A stretch of 64,000 nucleotides of DNA from Hemiscyllium ocellatum. Lineage: Eukaryota. A program made the translations under genes and the position numbers. This document shows, one piece after another, positions 25,501-37,500 of the stretch. The first letter of the stretch is position 1; every line of letters begins with the position of its first letter. The notes under the pieces were generated by a model, which was not told the origin of the DNA, ran no database searches, and was given only the letters and a program-made list of their open reading frames with translations. The stretch covers positions 372,001 through 436,000 of the forward strand of contig NW_026867602.1 of NCBI RefSeq assembly GCF_020745735.1, given 5' to 3'.

Positions 25501-28500
25501 CCTGTCATATTGCAGTGTAGTTGCACCCTCCCTGCATTGCACCTCTCATATTGCAGTGTAGTTACACCCTGCCTGCGTTGCACTTCTCATATTGCAGTGT
25601 AGTTGCACCCTGCCTGCGTTGCACCTCTCTCATTGCAGCGTAGATGCGCCCTGCCTGCATTGCACCTCACACGTTGTAGCGTAGTGGCGCCCACCCTGCA
25701 TTGCACCTCACATCGCAGCGTAGGTGCGCCCTCCCCACATTGCACCTCTCACATTGCAGCGTAGTTGTACCCTCCCTGCATTGCACCTCTCACATTGCAG
25801 CGTAGTTGTACCCTCCCTGCATTGCACCTCTCACATTGCAGCGTAGTTGTACCCTCCCTGCATTGCACCTCTCACATTGCAGCATAGTTGCACCCTCCCT
25901 GCGTTCCACCTGTCATATTGCAGTGTAGTTGCACACTCCTTGCATTGCACCTCTCGTATTGCAGTGTAGTTGCACCTTCCCTGCATTGCACTTCTCATAT
26001 TGCAGTGTAGTTGCACTCTCCCTGCGTTGCTCCTCTCACATTGCAGCATAGTTGCTCCCTGCCTGCGTTGCACCTCTTGCAGTGCAGCATAGTTGCACCC
26101 TCCCTGCATTCCACCTGTCATATTGCAGTGTAGTTGCACCCTCCTTGCGTTGCACCTCTCATATTGCAGCGTAGTTGCACCCTGCCTGCATTGCACCTCT
26201 CTCAGTGCAGCGTAGATGCACCCTGCCTGCGTTGCACCTCTCACATTGCAGCGCAGTTGCACCCTGCCTGCGTTGCACCTCTCACATTGCAGCGTAGTTG
26301 CACCCTTCCTGCGTTGCACCTCTCTCATTGCAGCATAGTTGTACCCTTCCTGCGTTGCATCTCTCACATTGCAGCATAGTTGCGCCCTCCCTGAGTTGCA
26401 CCTCTCACATTGCAGTGTAGTTGTACCCTCCCTGCATTGCACCTCTCACATTGCAGTGTAGTTGCACCCTCCCTGCATTGCACCTCACAACGCAGCGTAG
26501 GTGCGCCCTCCCCACATTGCACCTGTCACATGGCCGCGTAGTTGTACCCTCCCTGCATTGCACCTCACATATTGCAGTGTAGTTGCACCCTCCTTGCGTT
26601 GCACCGCTCTCATTGCAGCGTAGTTGCGCCCTCCCTACATTGCACCTCTCACTGCAGTGTAGTTGCACCCTCCCTGCATTGCACCTCTCACATTGCAGCG
26701 TAGTTGCACCCTCCCTGCATTGCAACTCTCACATTGCAGCGTAGTTGCACCCTCCCTGCATTCCACCTGTCATATTGCAGCGTAGTTGCGCCCTCCCTGT
26801 ATTGCACCTCTCACATTGCAGTGTAGTTGCACCCTCCCTGCGTTGCACCTCTCATATTGCAGTGTAGTTGCACCCTCCCTGCGTTGCACCTCTGATATTG
26901 CAGTGTAGTTGCACCCTCCCTGCGTTGCACCTCTCACATTGCAGCGTAGTTGCGCCCTCCCTGCGTTGCACCACTTGCAGTGCAGCGTAGTTGCGCCCTC
27001 CCTGCATTCCACCTGTCATATTGCAGCGTAGTTGCGCCCTCCCCACATTGCACCTCTCACATTGCAGTGTAGTTGCACCCTCCCTGCGTTGCACCTCTCA
27101 CGTTGCAGCATAGTTGCACCCTCCCTGCGTTGCACCTCTCACATTGCAGTGTAGTTGCACCCTCCCTGCGTTGCACCTCTCACATTGCAGCGTAGTTGCA
27201 CCCTACCTGCGTTGCACCTCTCACATTGCAGCGTAGTTGCACCCTCCCTGCGTTGCACCACTTGCAGTGCAGCATAGTTGCGCCCTCCCCACATTGCACC
27301 TCTCACATTGCAGCGTAGTTGCACCCTCCCTGCATTGCAACTCTCACATTGCAGCGTAGTTGCACCCTCCCTGCATTCCACCTGTCATATTGCAGCGTAG
27401 TTGCGCCCTCCCTGTATTGCACCTCTCACATTGCAGCGTAGTTGCACCCTCCCTGCATTGCACCTCTCACGTTGCAGCGTAGTTGCACCCTCCCTGCGTT
27501 CCACCTGTCATATTGCAGCGTAGTTGCACCCTCCCTGCGTTGCACCTCTTTCACTACAGCGTAGTTGTACCCTGCCTGCGTTGCACCTCTCACATTGCAG
27601 CGTAGTTGCACCCTCCCTGCGTTGCACCTCTCACATTGCAGCGTAGTTGCACCCTCCCTGCATTGCACCTCTCACATTGCAGCGTAGTTGCACCCTCCCT
27701 GCGTTGCACCTCTCACATTGCAGCGTAGTTGCACCTTCCTGCGTTGCACCTCTCTCATTGCAGCATAGTTGCACCCTCCCTGCATTGCACCTCTCATATT
27801 GCAGTGTAGTTACACTCTGCCTGCGTTGCACTTCTCATATTGCAGTGTAGTTGCACCCTGCCTGCGTTGCACCTCTCATATTGCAGTGTAGTTGCACCCT
27901 CCCTGCGTTGCACCTCTGATATTGCAGTGTAGTTGCACCCTCCCTGCGTTGCACCTCTCACATTGCAGCGTAGTTGCGCCCTCCCTGCGTTGCACCACTT
28001 GCAGTGCAGCGTAGTTGCGCCCTCCCTGCATTCCACCTGTCATATTGCAGCGTAGTTGCGCCCTCCCCACATTGCACCTCTCACATTGCAGAGTAGTTGC
28101 ACCCTCCCTGCGTTGCACCTCTCACGTTGCAGCATAGTTGCACCCTCCCTGCGTTGCACCTCTCACATTGCAGCGTAGTTGCACCCTACCTGCGTTGCAC
28201 CTCTCACATTGCAGCGTAGTTGCACCCTCCCTGCGTTGCACCACTTGCAGTGCAGCATAGTTGCGCCCTCCCCACATTGCACCTCTCACATTGCAGCATA
28301 GTTGCACCTCTCACATTGCAGCGTAGTTGCACCCTCCCTGCGTTCCACCTGTCATATTGCAGCGTAGTTGCACCCTCCCTGCATTGCACCTCTTTCACTA
28401 CAGCGTAGTTGTACCCTGCCTGCGTTGCACCTCTCACATTGCAGCGTAGTTGCACCCTCCCTGCGTTGCACCTCTCACATTGCAGCGTAGTTGCACCCTC

Positions 28501-31500
28501 CCTGCATTGCACCTCTCACATTGCAGTGTAGTTGCACCCTCCCTGCGTTGCACCTCTCACATTGCAGCGTAGTTGCACCCTGCCTGTATTGCACCACTTG
28601 CAGTGCAGCATAGTTGCGCCCTCCCCACATTGCACCTCTCACATTGCAGCATAGTTGCACCTCTCACATTGCAGCGTAGTTGCACCCTCCCTGCATTGCA
28701 CCTCTCACATTGCAGTGTAGTTGCACCCTCCCTGCGTTCCACCTGTCATATTGCAGCGTAGTTGCACCCTCCCTGCGTTGCACCTCTTTCACTACAGCGT
28801 AGTTGTACCCTGCCTGCGTTGCACCTCTCACATTGCAGCATAGTTGCACCCTCCCTGCGTTGCACCTCTCTCATTGCAGCGTAGTTGCACCCTCCCTGCG
28901 TTCCACCTGTCATATTGCAGCGTAGTTGCGCCCTCCCCACATTGCACCTCTCATATTGCAGTGTAGTTGCACCCTCCCTGCGTTGCACCACTTGCAGTGC
29001 AGCGTAGTTGCGCCCTCCTTGCGTTCCACCTGTCATATTGCAGCGTAGTTGCGCCCTCCCCACATTGCACCTCTCACATTGCAGCGTAGTTGCACCCTGC
29101 CTGCGTTGCACCTCTCACATTGCAGCGTAGTTGCGCCCTCCCTGCGTTGCACCTCTCACATTGCAGTGTAGGTGCACCCTGCCTGCGTTGCTCCTCTCAC
29201 ATTGCCGCGTAGTTGCACCCTCCCTGCGTTCCACTTGTCATATTGCAGCGTAGTTGCGCCCTCCCTGCATTGCACCTCTCACATTGCAGTGTAGTTGCAC
29301 CCTCCCTGCGTTCCACCTGTCATATTGCAGCGTAGTTGCACCCTCCCTGCGTTGCACCTCTTTCACTACAGCGTAGTTGTACCCTGCCTGCGTTGCACCT
29401 CTCACATTGCAGCATAGTTGCACCCTCCCTGCGTTGCACCTCTCTCATTGCAGCGTAGTTGCACCTTCCCTGCGTTCCACCTGTCACATTGCAGCGTAGT
29501 TGCGCCCTCCCTGCGTTGCTCCTCTCACATTGCAGCGTAGTTGCCCCCTCCCTGTGTTGCAACTCTCGCAGTGCAGCGTAGTTGCACCCTCCCTGCGTTG
29601 CACCTCTCACATTGCAGCGTAGTTGCACCCTCCCTGCGTTGCACCTCTCACATTGCAGCATAGTTGCACCCTCCCTGCATTGCACCTCTCACATTGCAGC
29701 ATAGTTGCACCCTGCCTGCGTTGCACCTCTCACATTGCCGCGTAGTTGCACCCTCGTCGCGTTGCACCTCTCACATTGCAGCATAGTTGCACCCTCCCTG
29801 CATTGCACCTCTCACATCGCCGTGTAGTTGCACCCTCGTCGCGTTGCACCTCTCACATTGCAGCGTAGTTGCACCCTGCCTGCGTTGCACCTCTCACATC
29901 GCCGTGTAGTTGCGCCCTCCCTGCATTGCACCTCTCATATTGCAGTGTAGTTGCACCCTCCCTGCGTTGCACCACTTGCAGTGCAGCGTAGTTGCGCCCT
30001 CCCTGCGTTGCGCCTCTCACATTGCAGCGTAGTTGCACCCTCCCTGCAGTGCACCCCTCACTTTGCAGCATAGTTGCATCCTCCCCGCGTTGCTGTGTAG
30101 TTGCACCCTTCCCACATTGCCCCTCTCACATTGCCGCATAGTTGCACCCTCCCTGCGTTGCACCTCTCACATTGCAGCGTAGTTGCACCCTCCTTGTGTT
30201 GCACCTCTTGCAGTGCAGCGTAGTTGCACCCTCCCTGCGTTGCATCTCTCACATTGCAGTGTAGTTGCACCCTCCCCACATTGCAAATCTCACTTTGCAG
30301 CGTAGTTGCACCCTCCCTGCATTGCACCTCTCACGTTGCAGCGTAGTTGCACCCTCCCTGCGTTCCACCTGTCATATTGCAGCGTAGTTGCACCCTCCCT
30401 GCGTTGCACCTCTCTCATTGCCGCGTAGATGCACCCTGCCTGTGTTGCACCTCTCACATGGCAGCGTAGTTGCACCCTGCCTGCGTTGCACTTCTCACAT
30501 TGCAGTGTAGTTGCATTCTCCCTGCGTTGCACCTCTCTCATTGCAGCGTAGTTGCACCCTCCTTGCGTTGCACCTCTCATATTGCAGTGTAGTTGCGCCC
30601 TCCCTGCGATGCACCTCTCACATTGCCGCGTAAATGCACCCTGCCTGCGTTGCACCTCTCACATTGCAGCGTAGTTGCACCCTCCCTGCGTTGCACCTCT
30701 CTCATTGCAGCGAAGTTGTACCCTCCCTGCGTTTCACCTCTTGCAGTGCAGCGTAGTTGCACACTCCCTGCGTTCCACCTGTCATATTGCCGCGTAGGTG
30801 CGCCCTCCCTGCATTGCACCTCTCATGCTGCAGCGTAGTTGCACCCTCCCTGCGTTGCACCCTTCCCGCATTGCTGCGTAGTTGCACCCTCCCTGCGTTG
30901 CATCTCTCACATTGCAGTGTAGTTGCACCCTCCCTGCGTTGCACCACTTGCAGTGCAGCGTAGTTGCGCCCTCCCTGCATTGCTCCTCTCACGTTGCAGC
31001 GTAGTTGCACCCTCCCTGCATTGCACTTCTCATATTGCAGCGTAGTCGCACCCGCCCTGCGTTGCACCTCTCACATTGCTGCGTAGTTGCACCCTCCCCA
31101 CATTGCACCTCTCACATTGCAGCGTAGTTGCACCCTCCCCACATTGCACCTCTCACATTGTGGCGTAGTTGGGCCCTCCCTGCATTGCACCTCACATCGC
31201 AGCGTAGTTGCACCCTCCCCACGTTGCACCTCTCACATTGCAGCGTAGTTGCACCTCTCACATTGCAGCGTAGTTGCACCCTCCCTGCGGTGCACCTCTC
31301 ACATTTCTGCGTAGTTGCGTCCTCCCTGCATTGCACCTCTCACATTGCCGCGTAGATGTACCCTGCCTGCGTTGCACCTCTCATATTGTGTAGCATTGTT
31401 GCACCCTCCCTGCATTGCACCTCACATTGTAGCGTAGTTGCACCTCTCGCATTGCCGCGTAGATGTACCCTGCCTGCGTTGCACCTCTCACATTGCAGTG

Positions 31501-34500
31501 TAGTTGCATTCTCCCTGCGTTGCACCTCTCTCATTGCAGCGTAGTTGCACCTCTTGCAGTGCAGCGTAGTTGCACCCTCCCTGCGTTCCACTTGTCATAT
31601 TGCAGCGTAGTTGCGCCCTCCCTGCATTGCACCTCTCACATTGCAGTGTAGTTGCACCCTCCCTGTGTTGCATCTCTCACATTGCAGTGTAGTTGCACCT
31701 CTCACATTGCAGCGTAGTTGCACCCTCCCAGCGTTGCACCTCTCACATCGCAGCATAGGTGCGCCCTCCCCACATTGCACCTCTCACATGGCAGCATAGT
31801 TGTACCCTCCCTGCATTGCACCTCTCACATTGCAGCGTAGTTGCACCCTCCCTGCGTTCCACCTCTCATATTGCAGTGTAGTTGCGCCCTCCCTGCGATG
31901 CACCTCTCACATTGCCGCGTAAATGCACCCTGCCTGCGTTGCACCTCTCACATTGCAGCGTAGTTGCCCCCTGCCTGTGTTGTACCTCTCACATTGCAGC
32001 GTTGTTGCACCCTCCCTGCGTTGCACCTCTCACATTGCAGCGTAGTTGCACCCTCCCTGCGTTGCAGCTCTCTCATTGCAGCGTAGTTGCACCCTCCCTG
32101 CGTTGCAGCTCTCTCATTGCAGCGTAGTTGCACCCTCCCTGCGTTGCAGCTCTCTCATTGCAGCGTAGTTGCACCCTCCCTGCGTTGCACCTCTTGCAGT
32201 GCAGCGTAGTTGCACCCTCCCTGCGTTGCACTTCTCTCATTGCAGCGAAGTTGCACCCTCCCTGCGTTGCACCTCTTGCAGTGCAGCGTAGTTGCACACT
32301 CCCTGCGTTCCACCTGTCATATTGCCGCGTAGTTGCGCCCTCCCTGCATTGCATCTCTCACATTGCAGCATAGTTGCGCCCTCCCTGCGTTGCACCACTT
32401 GCAGTGCAGCGTAGTTGCGCCCTCCCTGCGTTGCTCCTCTCACATTGCAGCGTAGTTGTGCCTTCCCCACGTTGCAGTTCTTGCATTGCAGCGTAGTTGC
32501 GCCCTCCCCGCGTTGCAGTTCTTGCATTGCAGCAAAATTGGACCCTCCCCGCGTTAAAGTTCTTGCATTGCAGCGCAGTTGTGCCCTCCCCACATTGCAG
32601 TTCTTGCATTGCAGCGCAGTTGTGCCCTCCCCATGTTGCAGTTCTTGCATTGCAGTGTAGTTGTGCTCTCCCCATGTTGCAGTTGTTGCATTGCAGCGTG
32701 GTTGTGCTCTCCCCATGTTGCAGTTTGTGCATTGCAGCGCAGTTGCTCCCTCCCCGCATTGTAGTTCTTGCATTGCATCGTAGTTACGCCCTCCCCATGT
32801 TGCAGTTCTTGCATTGCAGCGTAGTTGTACCCTCCCCATGTTGCCGTTCTTGCATTCCAGCGTAGTTGTGCCTTCCCCATGTTGCCGTTGTTGCATTGCA
32901 ACATAGTTGTGCCCTCCCCATGTTGCAGTTCTTGCATTGCAGTGCAGTTGTGCCCTCCCCATGTTGCAGTTCTTGCATTGCAGCGTAGTTGTGCCCTCCC
33001 CGCATTGCAGTTCTTGCATTGCAGCGTGGTTGTGCCCTCCCCGCGTTGCAGTTCTTGCATTGCAGCGTAGTTGTGCCCTCCCCGCGTTGCCGTTCTTGCA
33101 TTGCAACATAGTTGTGCCCTCCCCATGTTGCAGTTCTTGCATTGCATCGTAGTTGTGCTCTCCCCACGTTGCAGTTCTTGCATTGCAGTGTAGTTTTGCT
33201 CTCCCCATGTTGACATTCTTGCATTGCAGCGTAGTTGCGCCCTCCCCACGTTGCAGTTCTTGCATTGCAGCGTAGTTGTGCCCTCCCCACGTTGCAGTTC
33301 TTGCATTGCAGCGTAGTTGTGCCCTCCCCACGTTGCAGTTCTTGCATTGCAGTGTAGTTGTGCCATCCACATGTTGCAGTTCTTGCATTGCAGCGTAGTT
33401 ACGCCCTCCCCACTTTGCAGTTCTTGTATTGCAGCGTAGTTGTACCCTCCCAACATTGCAGTTCTTGCATTGCAGCATAGTTTTGCCCTTCCAACATTGC
33501 AGTTCTTGCATTGCAGCATAGTTGTACCCTCCCCATGTTGCAGTTCTTGCATTGCAGCGTGGTTGTGCCCTCCCTGCGTTGCGGTTCTTGCATTGCAGCG
33601 TAGTTGTGCCCTGCCCGTGTTGCCGTTCTTGCGTTGCAGCGCAGTTGTGCCCTCCCCATGTTGCAGTTCTTGCATTGCAGCGTGGTTGTGCCCTCCCTGC
33701 GTTGCAGTTCTTGCATTGCAGCGTAGTTGTGCCCTCCCCATGTTGCAGTTCTTGCATTGCATCGTAGTTGTGCTCTCCCCACGTTGCAGTTCTTTCATTG
33801 CAGTGTAGTTTTGCTCTCCCCATGTTGACATTCTTGCATTGCAGCGTAGTTGCGCCCTCCCCTCGTTGCAGTTCTTGCATTGCAGCGTAGTTGTGCCCTC
33901 CCCACGTTGCAGTTCTTGCATTGCAGTGTAGTTGTGCCATCCACATGTTGCAGTTCTTGCATTGCAGCGTAGTTACGCCCTCCCCACTTTGCAGTTCTTG
34001 TATTGCAGCGTAGTTGTACCCTCCCAACATTGCAGTTCTTGCATTGCAGCATAGTTTTGCCCTTCCAACATTGCAGTTCTTGCATTGCAGCATAGTTGTA
34101 CCCTCCCCATGTTGCAGTTCTTGCATTGCAGCGTGGTTGTGCCCTCCCTGCGTTGCGGTTCTTGCATTGCAGCGTAGTTGTGCCCTGCCCGTGTTGCCGT
34201 TCTTGCGTTGCAGCCTAGTTGCGCACTCCCCATGTTGCAGTTCTTGCATTGCAGTGTAGTTGTGCCCTCCCTGCGTTGCAGTTCTTGCATTGCAGCATGG
34301 TTGTGCCCTCCCCACGTTGCGGTTCTTGCATTGCAGCATGGTTGTGCCCTCCCCACATTGCAGTTCTTGCATTGCAACCTAGTTGTGCCCTCCCCTCGTT
34401 GCAGTTGTTGCATTGCAGCGTAGTTGTGCCCTCCCTGCGTTGCAGTTGTTGCATTGCAGCGTAGTTGTGCCCTCCCCGCATTGAGCTTCTTGCATTGCAA

Positions 34501-37500
34501 CATAGTTGTGCCCTCCCCATGTTGCAGTTCTTGCATTGCAGTGCAGTTGTGCCCTCCCCACGTTGCCGTTCTTGCAATCCAGCGTGGTTGTGCCATCCAC
34601 ATGTTGCCGTTCTTGCATTGCAGCGTAGTTGCGCCCTCCCCGCGTTGCAGTTCTTGCATTGCAGCAAAATTGTGCCCTCCCCGCGTTGCAGTTCTTGCAT
34701 TGCAGCGTAGTTGTGCCCTCCCCACATTGCAGTTCTTGCATTGCAGCGCAGTTGTGCCCTCCCCACATTGCAGTTCTTGCATTGCAGCGTAGTTGTGCTC
34801 TCCCCATGTTGCAGTTTATGCATTGCAGTGTAGTTGTGCCCTCCCTGCGTTGCAGTTCTTGCATTGCAGCATGGTTGTGCCCTCCCCATGTTGCAGTTCT
34901 TGCATTGCAGCGTAGTTGTGCCCTCCCCGCGTTGCAGTTCTTGCATTGCAGCAAAATTGTGCCCTCCCCGCGTTGCAGTTCTTGCATTGCAGCGTAGTTG
35001 TGCCCTCCCCGCGTTGCAGTTCTTGCATTGCAGCGCTGTTGTGCCCTCCCCATGTTGCAGTTCTTGCATTGCAGTGTAGTTGTGCCCTCCCCATGTTGCA
35101 GTTCTTGCATTGCAGCGTAGTTGTGCCCTCCCCATGTTGCAGTTCTTGCACTGCAACGTAGTTGTGCCCTCCCTGCATTGCAGTTCTTGCATTGCAGCGT
35201 AGTTGTGCCCTCCCCACGTTGCAGTTCTTGCATTGCAGCGCAGTTGTGCCCTCCCCATGTTGCAGTTCTTGCATTGCAGTGTAGTTGTGCTCTCCCCATG
35301 TTGCAGTTGTTGCATTGCAGCGTGTTTGTGCTCTCCCTGCGTTGCAGTTCTTGCATTGCAACGCAGTTGCGCCCTCCCCGCGTTGCCGTTCTTGCATTGC
35401 AGCGCAGTTGTGCCCTCCCCATGTTGCAGTTCTTGCATTGCAGCATAGTTGTGCCCTCCCCATGTTGCAGGTCTTGCATTGCAGCGCTGTTGTGCCCTCC
35501 CCATGTTGCAGGTCTTGCACTGCAACATAGTTGTGCCCTCCCTGCATTGCAGTTCTTGCACTGCAGCGCAGTTGTGCCCTCCCCACGTTGCAGTTCTTGC
35601 ATTGCAGCGCAGTTGTGCCCTCCCCATGTTGCAGTTCTTGCATTGCAGTGTAGTTGTGCTCTCCCCATGTTGCAGTTGTTGCATTGCAGCGTGGTTGTGC
35701 TCTCCCCGCGTTGCAGTTCTTGCATTGCAACGCAGTTGCGCCCTCCCCGCGTTGCAGTTCTTGCATTGCAGCAAAATTGTGCCCTCCCCGCGTTGCAGTT
35801 CTTGCATTGCAGCGTAGTTGTGCCCTCCCCACATTGCAGTTCTTGCATTGCAGTGTTGTTGTGCCCTCCCCGCATTGCAGTTCTTGCATTGCAGCGTCGT
35901 TATGCCCTCCCCATGTTGCAGTTCTTGCTTTGCAGTGTAGTTGTGCTCTCCCCATGTTGATGTTCTTGCATTGCAGTGTAGTTGTGCCCTCCCCGCGTTG
36001 CAGTTCTTGCATTGCAGCATAGTTGTGCCCTCCCGAAGTTGCAGTTCTTGCATTGCAGCATAGTTGTGCCCTCCCGAAGTTGCAGTTCTTGCATTGCAGC
36101 GCTGTTGTGCCCTCCCCATGTTGCAGTTTTTGCACTGCAACGTAGTTGTGCCCTCCCTGCATTGCAGTTCTTGCACTGCAGCGCAGTTGTGCCCTCCCCG
36201 CATTGCAGTTCTTGCATTGCAGCGTAGTTGTGCCCTCCCCATGTTGCAGTTCTTGCATTGCAGTGTAGTTGTGCTCTCCCCATGTTGCAGTTGTTGCATT
36301 GCAGCGTGGTTGTGCTCTCCCCGCGTTGCAGTTCTTGCTTTGCAGTGTAGTTGTGCTCTCCCCATGTTGATGTTCTTGCATTGCAGTGTAGTTGTGCCCT
36401 CCCCGCGTTGCAGTTCTTGCATTGCAGCATAGTTGTGCCCTCCCAAAGTTGCAGTTCTTGCATTGCAGCATAGTTGTGCCCTCCCGAAGTTGCAGTTCTT
36501 GCATTGCAGCGCTGTTGTGCCCTCCCCATGTTGCAGTTCTTGCACTGCAACGTAGTTGTGCCCTCCCTGCATTGCAGTTCTTGCACTGCAGCGCAGTTGT
36601 GCCCTCCCCGCATTGCAGTTCTTGCATTGCAGCGTAGTTGTGCCCTCCCCACGTTGCAGTTCTTGCATTGCAGCGCAGTTGTGCCCTCCCCATGTTGCAG
36701 TTCTTGCATTGCAGTGTAGTTGTGCTCTCCCCATGTTGCAGTTGTTGCATTGCAGCGTGGTTGTGCTCTCCCCGCGTTGCAGTTCTTGCATTGCAACGCA
36801 GTTGCGCCCTCCCCGCCTTGCAGTTCTTGCATTGCAGCGTAGTTGTGCCCTCCCCACATTGCAGTTCTTGCATTGCAGCGCAGTTGTGCCCTCCCCATGT
36901 TGCAGTTCTTGCATTGCAGCGTAGTTGCGCCCTCCCCGCTTTGCAGTTCTTGCATTGCAGTGTAGTTGTGCCCTCCCCGCGTTGCAGTTCTTGCATTGCA
37001 GCGTAGTTGTGCCCTCCCTGTGTTGCCGTTCTTGCATTGCAGAATAGTTGTGCCCTCCCCATGTTGCAGTTCTTGCATTGTAGCGCTGTTGTGCCCTCCC
37101 CATGTTGCAGTTCTTGCACTGCAGCGTAGTTGTGCCCTCATGCATTGCAGTTCTTGCACTGCAGCGCTGTTGTGCCCTCCCTGCGTTGCAGTTCTTGCAT
37201 TGCAGCGTAGTTGTGCCCTCCCCGCATTGAACTTCTTGCATTGCAACATAGTTGTGCCCTCCCCACGTTGCAGTTCTTGCATTGCAGCGCAGTTGTGCCC
37301 TCCCCATGTTGCAGTTCTTGCATTGCAGCGCTGTTGTGCCCTCCCTGCGTTGCAGTTCTTGCATTGCAGCGTAGTTGTGCCCTCCCCGCATTGAACTTCT
37401 TGCATTGCAACATAGTTGCGCCCTCCCCACGTTGCCGTTCTTGCATTCCAGCGTAGTTGTGCCATCCACATGTTGCCGTTCTTGCATTGCAGCGTAGTTG

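Larger units (their letters stand above)
16566..32451. repeat. 41-bp satellite, subfamily A (GTAGTTGCACCCTCCCTGCGTTGCACCTCTCACATTGCAGC)
   Basis: Continuous tandem array; an early variant (CCTATTGCATTGCGGC) occupies about 16600-17270. Confidence 0.97.

Noticed and set aside
16737-32373. Hundreds of short ORFs with repeating CxxC-like patterns (zinc-finger or metallothionein-like appearance)
   Set aside because: They are translations of the satellite; Cys comes from the TGC triplets in TTGCA.
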